DNA of 64,000 nt from Tepidisphaerales bacterium (GTDB taxonomy: Bacteria; Planctomycetota; Phycisphaerae; Tepidisphaerales; Tepidisphaeraceae), in assembly GCA_044450885.1 (NCBI GenBank), contig JBIOJL010000001.1, positions 446 through 64,445 of the forward strand, read 5' to 3'. The notes under the pieces were generated by a model that was given only the letters and a program-made list of their open reading frames with translations, did no database searches and was not told the origin of the DNA. The translations under genes and the position numbers were made by a program. Of this stretch, positions 25,401 to 30,900 are shown one piece after another (the first letter of the stretch is position 1; each line of letters starts with the position of its first letter).

Positions 25401-27739
25401 CCGTGGCGCTCGATGCCGCCGGCAACGCCTCGGCGATGTCGGCGGAGCTGCTGGTGACGCGCGACACGGCGGCGCCCGACGCTCCGGCGGCCCCGGACCT
25501 GCAGGATGCCAGCGACAGCGGCATCTCCAACAGCGACAACATCACCAATGCCGCCACGCCCACATTCACGGTGGCCGCCGGGCCCTATTTCCGCTTCTAT
25601 CGCAACGGCGCGATCATCAGCGGCAACTACCAGACCGGGAGCTCGTACACCGCAGGCACTCAGGCCGACGGGTCGTATACCTACACTGTCGCCGCGGTCG
25701 ATGCGGCCGGGAACGTTTCCGCAGCCAGCAGCGGCCTGGGCGTCACCATCGACACCATCGCACCGACGATTCCGGCCGCGCCGGACCTGGATGCCTCAAC
25801 CGACACCGGCAGCAGCAACACCGACAACATCACCGACGCCACGGTGCTGAAGTTCAACGTCTCGGCAAACCCGTATTTCCGCATCTTCCGCGATGGCGCC
25901 CGGATCAGCGGCGACTACGAAACGGGCGACACCTACACGACGGCCACGCAACCGCTGGGGACGTTCAACTATGCCCTGGGCGCCGTCGATGTCGCGGGCA
26001 ACCAGTCGGCGCTCTCTCCGGGCCTGCCGGTGACGATCACCGTCTTCGCGCCCACGATATATGTCGACGTCAATTCTCCCGGCCCCACGCACAACGGAAT
26101 TTCGTGGGCAACGGCGTATGTGGATCTGCAGCAGGCCCTGACGGCGGCGGCAGCGGGCAATACCGTCAAAGTGGCGGATGGCACGTACAAGCCGACCTCG
26201 ACCAGCGACCAGACCAAATCCTTCCAGCTCAAGACGGGCGTGGCCGTGTACGGCGGATACGCGGGATACGGCGCGGCCAACCCCGATGCCCGCGATGTTG
26301 CGGCTTACCCGACGATTCTCTCGGGTGATATCGGCGCCATCGGCAACAACGCCGACAACAGCTACCACGTGGTCGTCGGTAGCGGCACCACCAGCACGGC
26401 CGTCCTGGACGGGTTCACGATCACGGCCGGCAATGCCAACGGAAGCTCATTCCCAACCAACTCCGGCGGCGGAATGTATAACTCAACCGGCAGCCCGACG
26501 GTCGCCAACTGCACCTTCAGCAACAACACGGCCGGCAGCACCACCAGCAGCAACAGCGGCGGAGCCGGGATGTACAACTACGGCAGTTCATCTCCGGCCC
26601 TGACCAACTGCATCTTCAGCTACAACGTCAGCCTTAACTACGGCGGCGGGATGTACAATTACTCATCCTCCCCGACGCTCACCAACTGCACATTCATCAG
26701 GAATAATTCCAACAACAGCACCGCCAGCCGCGGTGGCGGAATGTACAACAACAGTTCCTCGCCAACGCTGACCAACTGCATCTTCACGGGGAACACGGCC
26801 ACGGGCGCCACCAAGGGCACCGGCGGCGGAATCTACAACGACTTCTCGGCCTCCGCGCCAACGCTGATCAATTGTGTTCTGACCGAGAACTGGGCCATCG
26901 GCGCCAGTGGCACGGGCGGCGGAATGTACAGCTTCCTGTCGTCGCCGACGTTGATCAACTGCACGCTTGCCGGAAACGTCTGTGGTGGCACCGGCGGCGG
27001 GATTTCCAGCACCAGCGCCACCCTGACGCTGACCAATTGCATTCTCTGGGGCAATTCGGCCCCGACCGGCAGCCAGATACAGCCCAGCGGCACGACGAAT
27101 GTGAACTACTGCGACATCCAGGGTGGTGGTTTCGCGGGCACGGGCAACATCAGCGCCGACCCGCTCTTTATCCGCAATCCAGGCAGTGGGCCGGACGGCA
27201 CTTTAGGCACGTCCGACGACGATTACGGCGACCTGCGGCTGCGGACCGGTTCCCCAGCCCTGAACATCGGTTCCAACGCGGCCATTCCAGGCGGCATCAC
27301 GACCGACGTGGCCGGTAATGCGCGAATCCAGAATGGCACGGTCGATCTGGGTGCGTATGAAGGCGCCGCCACCGTTCCCTCGAGAACCATCTACGTGGAT
27401 CTCAACGCCGCGGGGGCCGGCACCTCCTGGAGCGGCGCTTGCGCCAGCCTCCAGTTCGCCCTCGCAGTGGCAAGCGCCGGCGACACCATCCGCGTTGCCG
27501 ATGGCACGTATAAGCCCACCACAAGAACCGACACTACGGCCGCCCAGACAAAACAGACGGCCGGGAAGGCGGTGCCGATCCTGCCGGCCGCACCGGCCGG
27601 GCAAGCGGGGCGACGGATCGTGGCGAGTCCGGCCGTGGTTTCCCCATTTTCCCGGAGCGGCATGATCGGAAGCGAGCCGCCCGCAGGCGGCCCGGTCCCG
27701 AACATCCTGGGCAAGAAGCAGGCGAGTCCGTTCTTCTGA
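10478..27739 (+). CDS. Giant (5753 aa) multidomain surface/secreted protein: S53 sedolisin-like peptidase, PPC/jelly-roll domains, 26 Ig-like modules, 2 FG-GAP blocks, beta-helix
   Basis: Single uninterrupted ORF. The start is ATG 10478 or GTG 10505, the latter preceded by AAGGAGG. The leader ends in LESRTLL. Domain evidence is given in the sub-features. Confidence 0.9.
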   Translation: MHHAMKEGIVRRNVNSSARSICRRGHRLASLGKAAAHAVEQLESRTLLNSGGDPGMPVLPPGCVGVQTAAGLEVSHQSIAGLYAPKYVILDRTPAFAADGTLAPFATSGPTGLTPAKVRRAYGIDQIMFGSVTGDGTGQTIAIVDAYDYPTAWADLQAFDLAFGLPNPPSFTRVNQTGGSTMPGTDPAGKGNSWALEAALDIEWSHAMAPGAGIVLVEATTPSDADLIQAAAGYARTIPGVVAVTMSFGRDEDSAVTGLDTCFTTPAGHPGVTFLASTGDNGAPGGYPATSPNVVAVGGTTLTVDASGNYVSESGWSGSGGGISSYENQPTYQKGVVTQSSTRRTIPDVAFDANPSSGVSVCDSYDFGTSTPWTVLGGTSLSSPCWAGIIAVADQARSLSGLGPLDGIAKTLPRLYSMSSSAYHDIVTGSNGYSAGAGYDLVTGRGSPIANVLVPLLVGAGPLVTGSTPNGVVGSTPTTLDFTFNTAMDPASFSIGTDVAGFTGPGGIDLKPTIGGFAWLSAQSLRINFASSSAEGLYTMVIGPQILSTDGRPMDQDGDGIAGEAVDDRYTATFRYSSSTMGIVSTSPAAGSNVLLPMTTLEVNFTKPYDPASIGTNDLTLSQGSVAGFTPVDNDTVRYTLAGLTAEGTLNVSVAAGAVTDLAGNPGSAWLATYYLDNPTLAFPAPLQAITSASGFIYSRSTTTYLTPGDTDSFTISLDAGQALTIVADPGTGLLPSVAALDPSGLTLGSASAPGAGKDAVLQTAPVLAAGTYTVGVSALSGTSGSCTVQLLLNAAVEAEGHDGATNDTRATAQSIDGAFVALIPGSYRAAVVGWGGIAGGTALSADFTSGANGFTVDNSGGGLWHLSSGHGADTGHSSPQSFYYGTGESATGGGTYNTGSRNYGSLVSPSFVVPSAGTPTVAFNYILRTEGSSSYDVARLQINSGSGWVTLASYNAVAESATWKAATPVSIASYSGKTVQIRFYFDTVDSAANTYEGWYVDDVVVKADVAGTDCYSATLAAGEPVNVGLSQLAGSGAHVALQDAAGNTLASGTTGAGNFAEVIRNYTPATSGVYYLVVTAGTGADYAVVVTRNAALDIEANDSIALAQDMAGAPAAIGTIAVAGGSPTTVFSDGFESGTLGSAWSAYASDAVYGRTRVSSSYGAAGGAYAMLMDTAATAGSYNLNEAVLTVNLAGAISASLSFSTIQFADETDPMTADFTGHFNGDGVAISADGNRWHPVLSAPLDSTWKTYTIDLVAEAAKAGMSLGGNFKIKFQQYDNFPLTTDGRGWDNVAVTAAMPNAGDDYYLLSLTAGTVARLSTLTPGGGPGEFVNTLDPAIDLYDPAGNKVASDDNSAGDGRNAAIAYAIGTSGTWKVRIRSVDGTSGEYVLRRSADIPVDPTPARPDLADQSDTGLSSTDNLTRLNNSSPATALQFRIGNTIAGAAVVLFCDGQVIGSAAADGKETVIATNGSTILPDGAHVFTAVQTPAGSTTSPASAPLNVTIVATAPGIPPAPVLQAASDTGISPNDGITADTTPTLDINAGPYYRLYRNGSKVSGDYETASSFTSAVLPDGAWEFTVTAVDAAGNESAPGDPARVTIDTVAPATPAAPDLQAASDSGISSTDNLTRVQMPVIDVAGSPYYRLYRDGIRVSGLYDSTPAYVSASLTDGAYAFTLVSVDAAGNASPASQPLNIIVDTIAPRTPATPDLLASSDGGGSDTDNITNINTPTFAVTAGPYFRFYRDGVQISGDYISGTTYAAAPQADGTYGYAACAVDAAGNVSRMSARLAVTIDTTILFAPDLVAATDSGVSDSDNITQFNNSSPQKALQFRLANTQAGVAVQLYANDICLAQFVAAGPDSLVTCDESAILPDGTYRVVARQRDPIRKLFVESTPMTLTIDTVAPQPATLRLDPACDTGISSTDNLTSIACPQIDVNAEFYTLFVDGVQNGAAYGCGQAGPDLGQDGAHALAAIAMDVAGNAAPLSEVLTVTLDTEAPDTPPAPDLDAGSDSGISNTDNITNDNTPTFNITAGPYYRLYRDGVLISGLYETSPTFTATVQADGSADYCLYAVDAAGNVSAASSLNVTIDTVAPSAPAAPDLDASTDSGLSSTDNITNAASLKFYVSTGADSMRLFINGAQVTPDGQPSGEVTVASPGDGVWSFTTMAVDVAGNVSPASAALSVTVDTVAPAVPAAPDLQDGSDSGSSNTDNITRIKTPAFNVAAGPYFQFYRNGARISGTYQTGTSYTAPTQADGTWAYTVTAIDAAGNESAGSSALSVTIDTVAPAAPAIPDLQAASDSGVSSTDNVTNNTAPLVDLEAPEAGILHYVVDGLDTAIPVDGPGTVTRAAGGGVALGPKIAVATGTGTFDVAVADVNNDGIPDIIATNAVAHTVSVNLGNGDGTFQAAISTSFAHNGPLGIAAADFNHDGKCDVVVADSTDKAYVLFGNGAGRFTTGPVLQLRAGCSVMRLAAVDLNADGNVDVVAAERLYPGVGVVYGNGDGTFQPCASYDAGGGEMYEVAFADFNKDGRLDIAYRVGIAADWSIVTMLQDASGKFGPPLFTTTGNSIGGFAVGDYDKDGSVDLVASPGGTAGELYFLKGNGNGTFTLSGQSAVAAAGQCVSADFNADGNLDCASLSSTADAIALLLGNGDGTFQACKVYPTSGSTFDLVSIDFNADGRPDLAMPDYEGNAVNVLMTSPAVLADGMHTAYARMEDIAGNLSASSPSLTITVDTIAPAAPAAPDLQAASDSGISNTDNITNITNPAFSVSAGPYFRFYQNGLQLGGDYQTGTNYTLATQSDGTSSYSVVAVDAAGNASAPSPALSVTIDTVAPDTIAPTVPDLEDASDSGISNTDDLTNNATPGFAVTAPEAGVVRLMVDGAAGPAVQVAGPGMVRLTIASALSDGAHQVSAAMEDLAGNQGPRSTTLSVTIDTVAPAAPAAPDLEAASDSGISSTDNITNVKAPIFDVGATPYFRFYRNGTLISGGYETGTSYTLAAQSDGSYSFTVAAVDAAGNVSALSPALAATIDTVAPTVSVTPLSTTDATPPLSGSASENLGMASVTVDGSTYSAIVNGTAWSLADNTISPPLAYGVYDVAVTATDLAGNVASDTTSNELTVAVAAPATPDLIAASDTGVSSTDDVTALNNASPAAALTFLIGNTIPGAIVSLYANGMLIGSALASGDSTAVTSDGATVLADGKVSLIARQNLNGHPSADSPALTVTVDTIAPASPVAPDLQAASDSGISNTDNITNITTPTFAVSAGPYFRFYRDGIQLSGDYQAASTYTLASQADGTYSYTIASVDAAGNVSAPSAPLSVTIDTVAPPAPVQPDLQAGSDSGISNSDNITKVTMPAVDLIASEAGTLTVTLDGIALGTVAASGAGTYPIIAGQSGYGFATPVPYAVAGNPARLAVADLNGDGRPDIVTVNGDSISVLLNRGAGSFQPAVTTAVTGAADVAVADVNQDGRADLLVAAGSTNTVVLLLGNGDGTFQTARLALNFGAPVTSVAVADFNLDGRPDLVVGGPGIAGTKALGTYIGDGTGGFLLAGIVSNASSVTRLAIGNFGGDAYPDVVAIGSFAVPSACDFLGYRGSASGVLSWRDGWGGTTAYTSLAAGDFNNDGVTDFVVGLPNGTLELHAGFSGNVDTGHVSMTPSAVPTSAVLADVNGDGKADIVCTSQSNYLDIFLASGGTGYYPNFTRQVVAVATPLAGLALGDFNADGRPDLAAVAPTSAAADVFINGVALVDGVHTVSVRLTDLAGNISAPSPTLSITIDTIAPASPVAPVLQAASDSGVSNTDNITNVTTPAFTVAAGPYFQFYRNGTRISGTYQTGTAYTAPAQADGAYTYSVTAIDAAGNESAASTALSVTIDTIAPAAPAAPDLQAASDSGISNTDNITNITNPAFTVSASPYFRFYQNGLQLSGDYQTGTSYALAAQSDGTVGYAVAAVDAAGNVSALSPALSVTTDTVAPEAPAAPDLDASTDTGTSSTDNITAATVLMFNVTASPYFRLFRDGAKISGDYEAGSTYTTATQPLGTLNYAVAAVDAAGNQSALSPVLPVTINSLTVTLPASGWEGQTLTGGGTVQLGSAPTADVVVALGSSDTTELAVPATVTVKAGQTTATFNITLPADGLRDGTQAATVTATAAGLISSSPSLAVHDADLARLTFDTISGPKTAVVPFSVTIRAWNIADEAIAVYVGTASLSAAGQGGSVAMTPASATLIGGTWTHTVTLNAVDPAVTLSASVAGVTGTSNAFAVQAGAMAGFQWGTVSSPQTVNAPFSATLTAKDVNGFTATSFNGSATVSGWTGSSNTMLGNLASTKSNGDYAFTSGYSFTPTRNILVTHVRSYFGVKVCIWTDTGTLLASQNVSGPSMTWTETPLSSSLQLVAGTAYRITVYSTQNYYWRNDVPANPSFATLGDTWEIDGDRFPTGLDTGVFWLVDLRGNVGAGAQVPVAPTTATFINGLWNGNVTAAQIVNGMYLHADDGAGHTADSNFFDVASPPIPSAPVLASASDTGISNSDRLTNLNNANPAKALQFTVGNTTPGATVALYVNNVMIGSAGAAATTTTITTNGTTTLADGSVSIVARQAIGGVSSADSPAASVTVDTVAPATPVAPDLQAACDSGLSSTDNITNVATPTFTVAASPYFQFYRDGTRISGTYQTGTSYVAPAQTDGAYAYTVTAIDAAGNESAASAALNVTIDTIAPAVPPAPDLDASTDTGASDTDNITDATVLKFNVSASPYFRVVRDGTRISGDYEAGSSYTTTTQPLGTFNYAVISVDAAGNQSALSPALPVTITVFGPPAPVLAAGSDTGVSSTDRITQYNNSSPASALVFTVGPTTPDATVNLYCDGILIGSTIATGTTTTIATDGTTSLSDGTHSIVWREQPSGQAESANSQALLVTIDTIAPPAAIPDLDASSDTGVSSTDNITNVSAMYFNVAAPYYSLYIDGTLDGMVYRTGQTSASIVTDGTHQITAVALDAAGNASAMSAELLVTRDTAAPDAPAAPDLQDASDSGISNSDNITNAATPTFTVAAGPYFRFYRNGAIISGNYQTGSSYTAGTQADGSYTYTVAAVDAAGNVSAASSGLGVTIDTIAPTIPAAPDLDASTDTGSSNTDNITDATVLKFNVSANPYFRIFRDGARISGDYETGDTYTTATQPLGTFNYALGAVDVAGNQSALSPGLPVTITVFAPTIYVDVNSPGPTHNGISWATAYVDLQQALTAAAAGNTVKVADGTYKPTSTSDQTKSFQLKTGVAVYGGYAGYGAANPDARDVAAYPTILSGDIGAIGNNADNSYHVVVGSGTTSTAVLDGFTITAGNANGSSFPTNSGGGMYNSTGSPTVANCTFSNNTAGSTTSSNSGGAGMYNYGSSSPALTNCIFSYNVSLNYGGGMYNYSSSPTLTNCTFIRNNSNNSTASRGGGMYNNSSSPTLTNCIFTGNTATGATKGTGGGIYNDFSASAPTLINCVLTENWAIGASGTGGGMYSFLSSPTLINCTLAGNVCGGTGGGISSTSATLTLTNCILWGNSAPTGSQIQPSGTTNVNYCDIQGGGFAGTGNISADPLFIRNPGSGPDGTLGTSDDDYGDLRLRTGSPALNIGSNAAIPGGITTDVAGNARIQNGTVDLGAYEGAATVPSRTIYVDLNAAGAGTSWSGACASLQFALAVASAGDTIRVADGTYKPTTRTDTTAAQTKQTAGKAVPILPAAPAGQAGRRIVASPAVVSPFSRSGMIGSEPPAGGPVPNILGKKQASPFF
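10810..11850 (+). other. S53 (sedolisin/kumamolisin-like) peptidase domain of the giant protein
   Basis: TIAIVDAYDYP, ALDIEWSHAMAPGA, FLASTGDNGA, SPNVVAVGGT, and the serine motif LGGTSLSSPCWAGI (~11606-11640) all match subtilisin-fold S53/S8 signatures. Confidence 0.8.
12590..14660 (+). other. PPC-like (pre-peptidase C-terminal) and MAM/jelly-roll-like domains
   Basis: Three D(x)Y/F...L.AG....V...G..Y.V.V segments, e.g. DTDSFTISLDAGQALTIV...AGTYTVGVS and DDYYLLSLTAGTVARL...GTWKVRIRS. Two jelly-roll-like segments ending in WYVDDVVV and GWDNVAV. Confidence 0.5.
17540..18570 (+). other. FG-GAP/VCBS beta-propeller-like block 1
   Basis: Repeated VADVNNDGIPDI, AADFNHDGKCDVV, AVDLNADGNVDVV, FADFNKDGRLDI, VGDYDKDGSVDLV, SADFNADGNLD, SIDFNADGRPDL, interleaved with (L)GNGDGTFQ. 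Confidence 0.75.
20650..21690 (+). other. FG-GAP/VCBS beta-propeller-like block 2
   Basis: VADLNGDGRPDIV, VADVNQDGRADLL, VADFNLDGRPDLV, AGDFNNDGVTDFV, LADVNGDGKADIV, LGDFNADGRPDLA, with GNGDGTFQ-type turns. Confidence 0.75.
26050..27370 (+). other. Right-handed beta-helix module (Pmp-repeat / choice-of-anchor-Q-like)
   Basis: IYVDVNSPG...SWATAY.DLQQAL...VKVADGTYKPT...YGGYAGYGA.NPDARD, followed by ~10 turns of GGGMYN..SSPTLTNC.F..N, and ending in NYCDIQGG...DPLF. Confidence 0.75.
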
Positions 27740-27903
27740 GCCGGCTCCCTTTCGCGTGGCGGCGTTATGATCGAGCATCAAGACACTGTCGGACTCTCTG
27801 TGAAGCTGCCGCTGAGGAAATCCCTCACTGAACTGAATTGCAGCGATCCGGTTTGGCTGACACCAAGAGCGGGCTCCAGACGCGGCCCGCGGGAGGAGAA
27901 CAC

Positions 27904-30900
27904 GTGACTCAGCGAGCGATATTACCAGCGGGCAAGTGGGTTTGCAGGAACACGAGTTGGCGGCAACACAAGCCGACGGGCCTCCTCCAGAGGGTAGGCT
28001 GCGTGGCCGAGCCACTCGAAGGCCGGTTGCTGCTGTCCAAGACGATTTACGTCGATGTGAATTCGCCGGCCCCGGCGACGAATGGGCCATCGTGGTCACA
28101 AGCGTACAAAGATCTGCAACTGGCGCTGGGGGTGGCGGTGTCCGGGGATACGATCAAGGTCGCGGACGGGACGTATAAGCCGACGTCAGGGACGGATCGG
28201 ACGATCTCGTTCCAATTGATGACCGGCGTGGCGATTTATGGCGGATACGCCGGCTACGGCGCGCCCAATCCGGATGCACGGAATGTGACAGGAACGCCGT
28301 CAATTCTGTCGGGGGACATTGGCACGGTCGGAACCAACACGGACAACAGTTATCATGTGTTGGTGGGCAGCGGGACGACATCCACGGCTGTACTGGATGG
28401 TTTCACAATCACGGCCGGAAATGCTAATGGCAGCGGTTCCCCCACTTATTACGGCGGCGGGATGTATAACTCGCCCGGGAGTCCAACGCTGACCAACTGC
28501 ACGTTCAGCGGGAACTCGGCGTCCTACGGCGGCGGGATGGAGAACGACACCTCCTCGCCGAGGCTGACCAACTGCACTTTCAGTGGCAATTCCGCATCGT
28601 CCTACGGCGGCGGGATGGACAGCTCCTCTTCCAGCCCGACGCTGACCAACTGCACGTTCAGCGGCAACTCAGCGTCCGCCGGCGGCGGGATGTACAACTA
28701 CTCTTCCGGCCCGACACTGACCAACTGCACGTTCAGTGGCAATTCCGCCTCGTCCTCCGGCGGCGGCGTGTACAGCTCCTCCTCCAACCCGAAACTCACC
28801 AACTGCATCCTCTGGGGCAACGGTAATTCGCCGATCTATAACTACTCCAGCACCCCGGTGATCACCTACAGCGACATCCAGGGCGGCTACACCGGCACCG
28901 GCAACCTCAACGTCGATCCGCTGTTCGTCCGCAACCCCTCCGGCACCGACTACGGCGACTTGCGGCTGCGGCTGAGTTCCCCGGCTATCGACGCGGGAAA
29001 GAATGCGGACGTGCCCGCTGGCACAACGACGGACCTAGGCGGTGGTCCCCGCTTCAAGGATGTTCCCTCGAAGGCCGACACGGGCGCGGGCACCGCCCCG
29101 ATTGTGGACATGGGCGCATATGAAGCATCATGGAGCACCGTGATGTACGTTGATCCCAACGCCACGGGAATTGAAGACGGCACCACCTGGGCCACGGCTT
29201 ACAGGAGCTTCGCTTCGGCGCTGGCGATGGCCATTTCCGGCCAAGAGATTCGCGTGGCCGATGGGACCTACAAGCCGACACCGGGCACCGATCGAAGTAT
29301 CTCGTTTCAGTTGAAGAGCGGCGTGGCGTGTTTCGGCGGCTATGCCGGCTGTGGCGCGGCCGATCCGAATGCGCGGGATGTGGTGGCGAATCCCTCTATT
29401 CTGTCGGGGGATCTCGGCACGGCTGGAAACAACACGGACAACAGCTATCACGTCGTTGTCGGCAGCGGTACGGATAGTACCGCTATCCTGGATGGCATCA
29501 CGATCGCCGCTGGAAATGCCGATACAAGCAGTTTCCCGACCTATTGCGGCAGTGGAATGTTTAACTCATTCGGCAGCCCAACGTTGTTCAACTGCACGTT
29601 CAGCGGAAACTCAGCGTCCTACGGCGGCGGCATTTTCAACACCCTCTCTTCCAGCCCGGCGCTGACGAACTGCACGTTCAGCGGGAACACGGCTGGTTCC
29701 GGCGGCGGCATCTACAACAACTCCTCTTCCAACCCGACGCTGACCAACTGTATGTTCACTGGGAACTCGGCGTTCCACGGCGGCGGGGTGTACAGCTACT
29801 CTTCTGACGGCGTTACTTCCAACCCAACGTTGACCAACTGCACATTCAGTGGAAACTCGGCGATTGGCAACGGCGGCGGGATGTTCAGCTACGACTGGAA
29901 CTCCTCATCGTCGGCGACACTGACGAACTGCACGTTCAGCGGAAACACAGCCGACTTCGGCGGTGGGATGTACAACACCCACAGCGCGACGTCGCTCGTC
30001 CTGGTCAACTGCGTGTTCATCGGCAACTCGGGCGTTTGCGGCGGCGGGATGTACAACGACTCCGCTTCCAGCCCGACGCTGACCAACTGCACGTTCAGCG
30101 GGAACACCGCCTCCATCTCCGACGGCGGGATCGCCAACTTCGGCAGTGGGATCTACAACTCCGCCTCCTCGCCGCGACTTACGAACTGCATCATCTGGGG
30201 CAGCGGCAGCTTGCCGATCTTCAATTACGGTTCCAGCACGCCGGTGATCACCTACAGCGACATCCAGGGCGGCTACGCCGGTATCGGCAACATCAGCGCT
30301 GACCCGCTTTTTGTGCGTTCGCCTTGGACAGGATTCGATGGCCTGTTCGGTACGACCGATGATGACTACGGGGACGTGCGTTTGCGTACGGGATCTCCGG
30401 CCCTGGACATCGGCTCCAATTCGGCAATTCCCGCTGGCGTCATCACCGATCTGGCCGGCAATGGCCGAATCCAGAACGGTACGGTGGATATGGGCGCTTA
30501 TGAAGGGCCGGTCACTGCCCCGACTTCCAAGACCATCTACGTGGACCTTAACGCCGCCGGCGTTAACAACGGAGCCTCCTGGACGAATGCCTTCACCAGC
30601 CTCCAGTCGGCCCTGCTGGTGTCAATTGACGGGGACACCATCCGCATCGCGGACGGGGCGTACAAGCCGACGAGCACGAACGACCGAACGATCTGCTTTG
30701 CCCTCAGGAATGCCGTCGGCATCTACGGCGGCTACGCCGGGTACGGGGCGCCGAATCCCAATGCGCGGGACATAGTTGCTTACCCCACCGTCCTTTCCGC
30801 AGACATCGGGACGATCAGCGACACCTCTGACAACAGCTATCATGTGCTCACCGCAAGCGGAGTGGGGAGTTCGACTGTTCTTGACGGCTTTACAGTGACT

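Larger units (their letters stand above)
14680..26040 (+). repeat. 26 tandem/dispersed ~95-aa Ig-like modules (BapA/RTX-adhesin Big_13-like)
   Basis: The consensus APDLQAASDSG(I/V)S(N/S)TDNITN..(T/N)P.F.V.A.PYFRFYR(D/N)G..ISG.Y.TG..Y......DG.Y.Y...A.DAAGN.S..S..L.VTIDT.AP was counted 26 times. Some copies are more than 90 percent identical at the DNA level. Confidence 0.8.
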
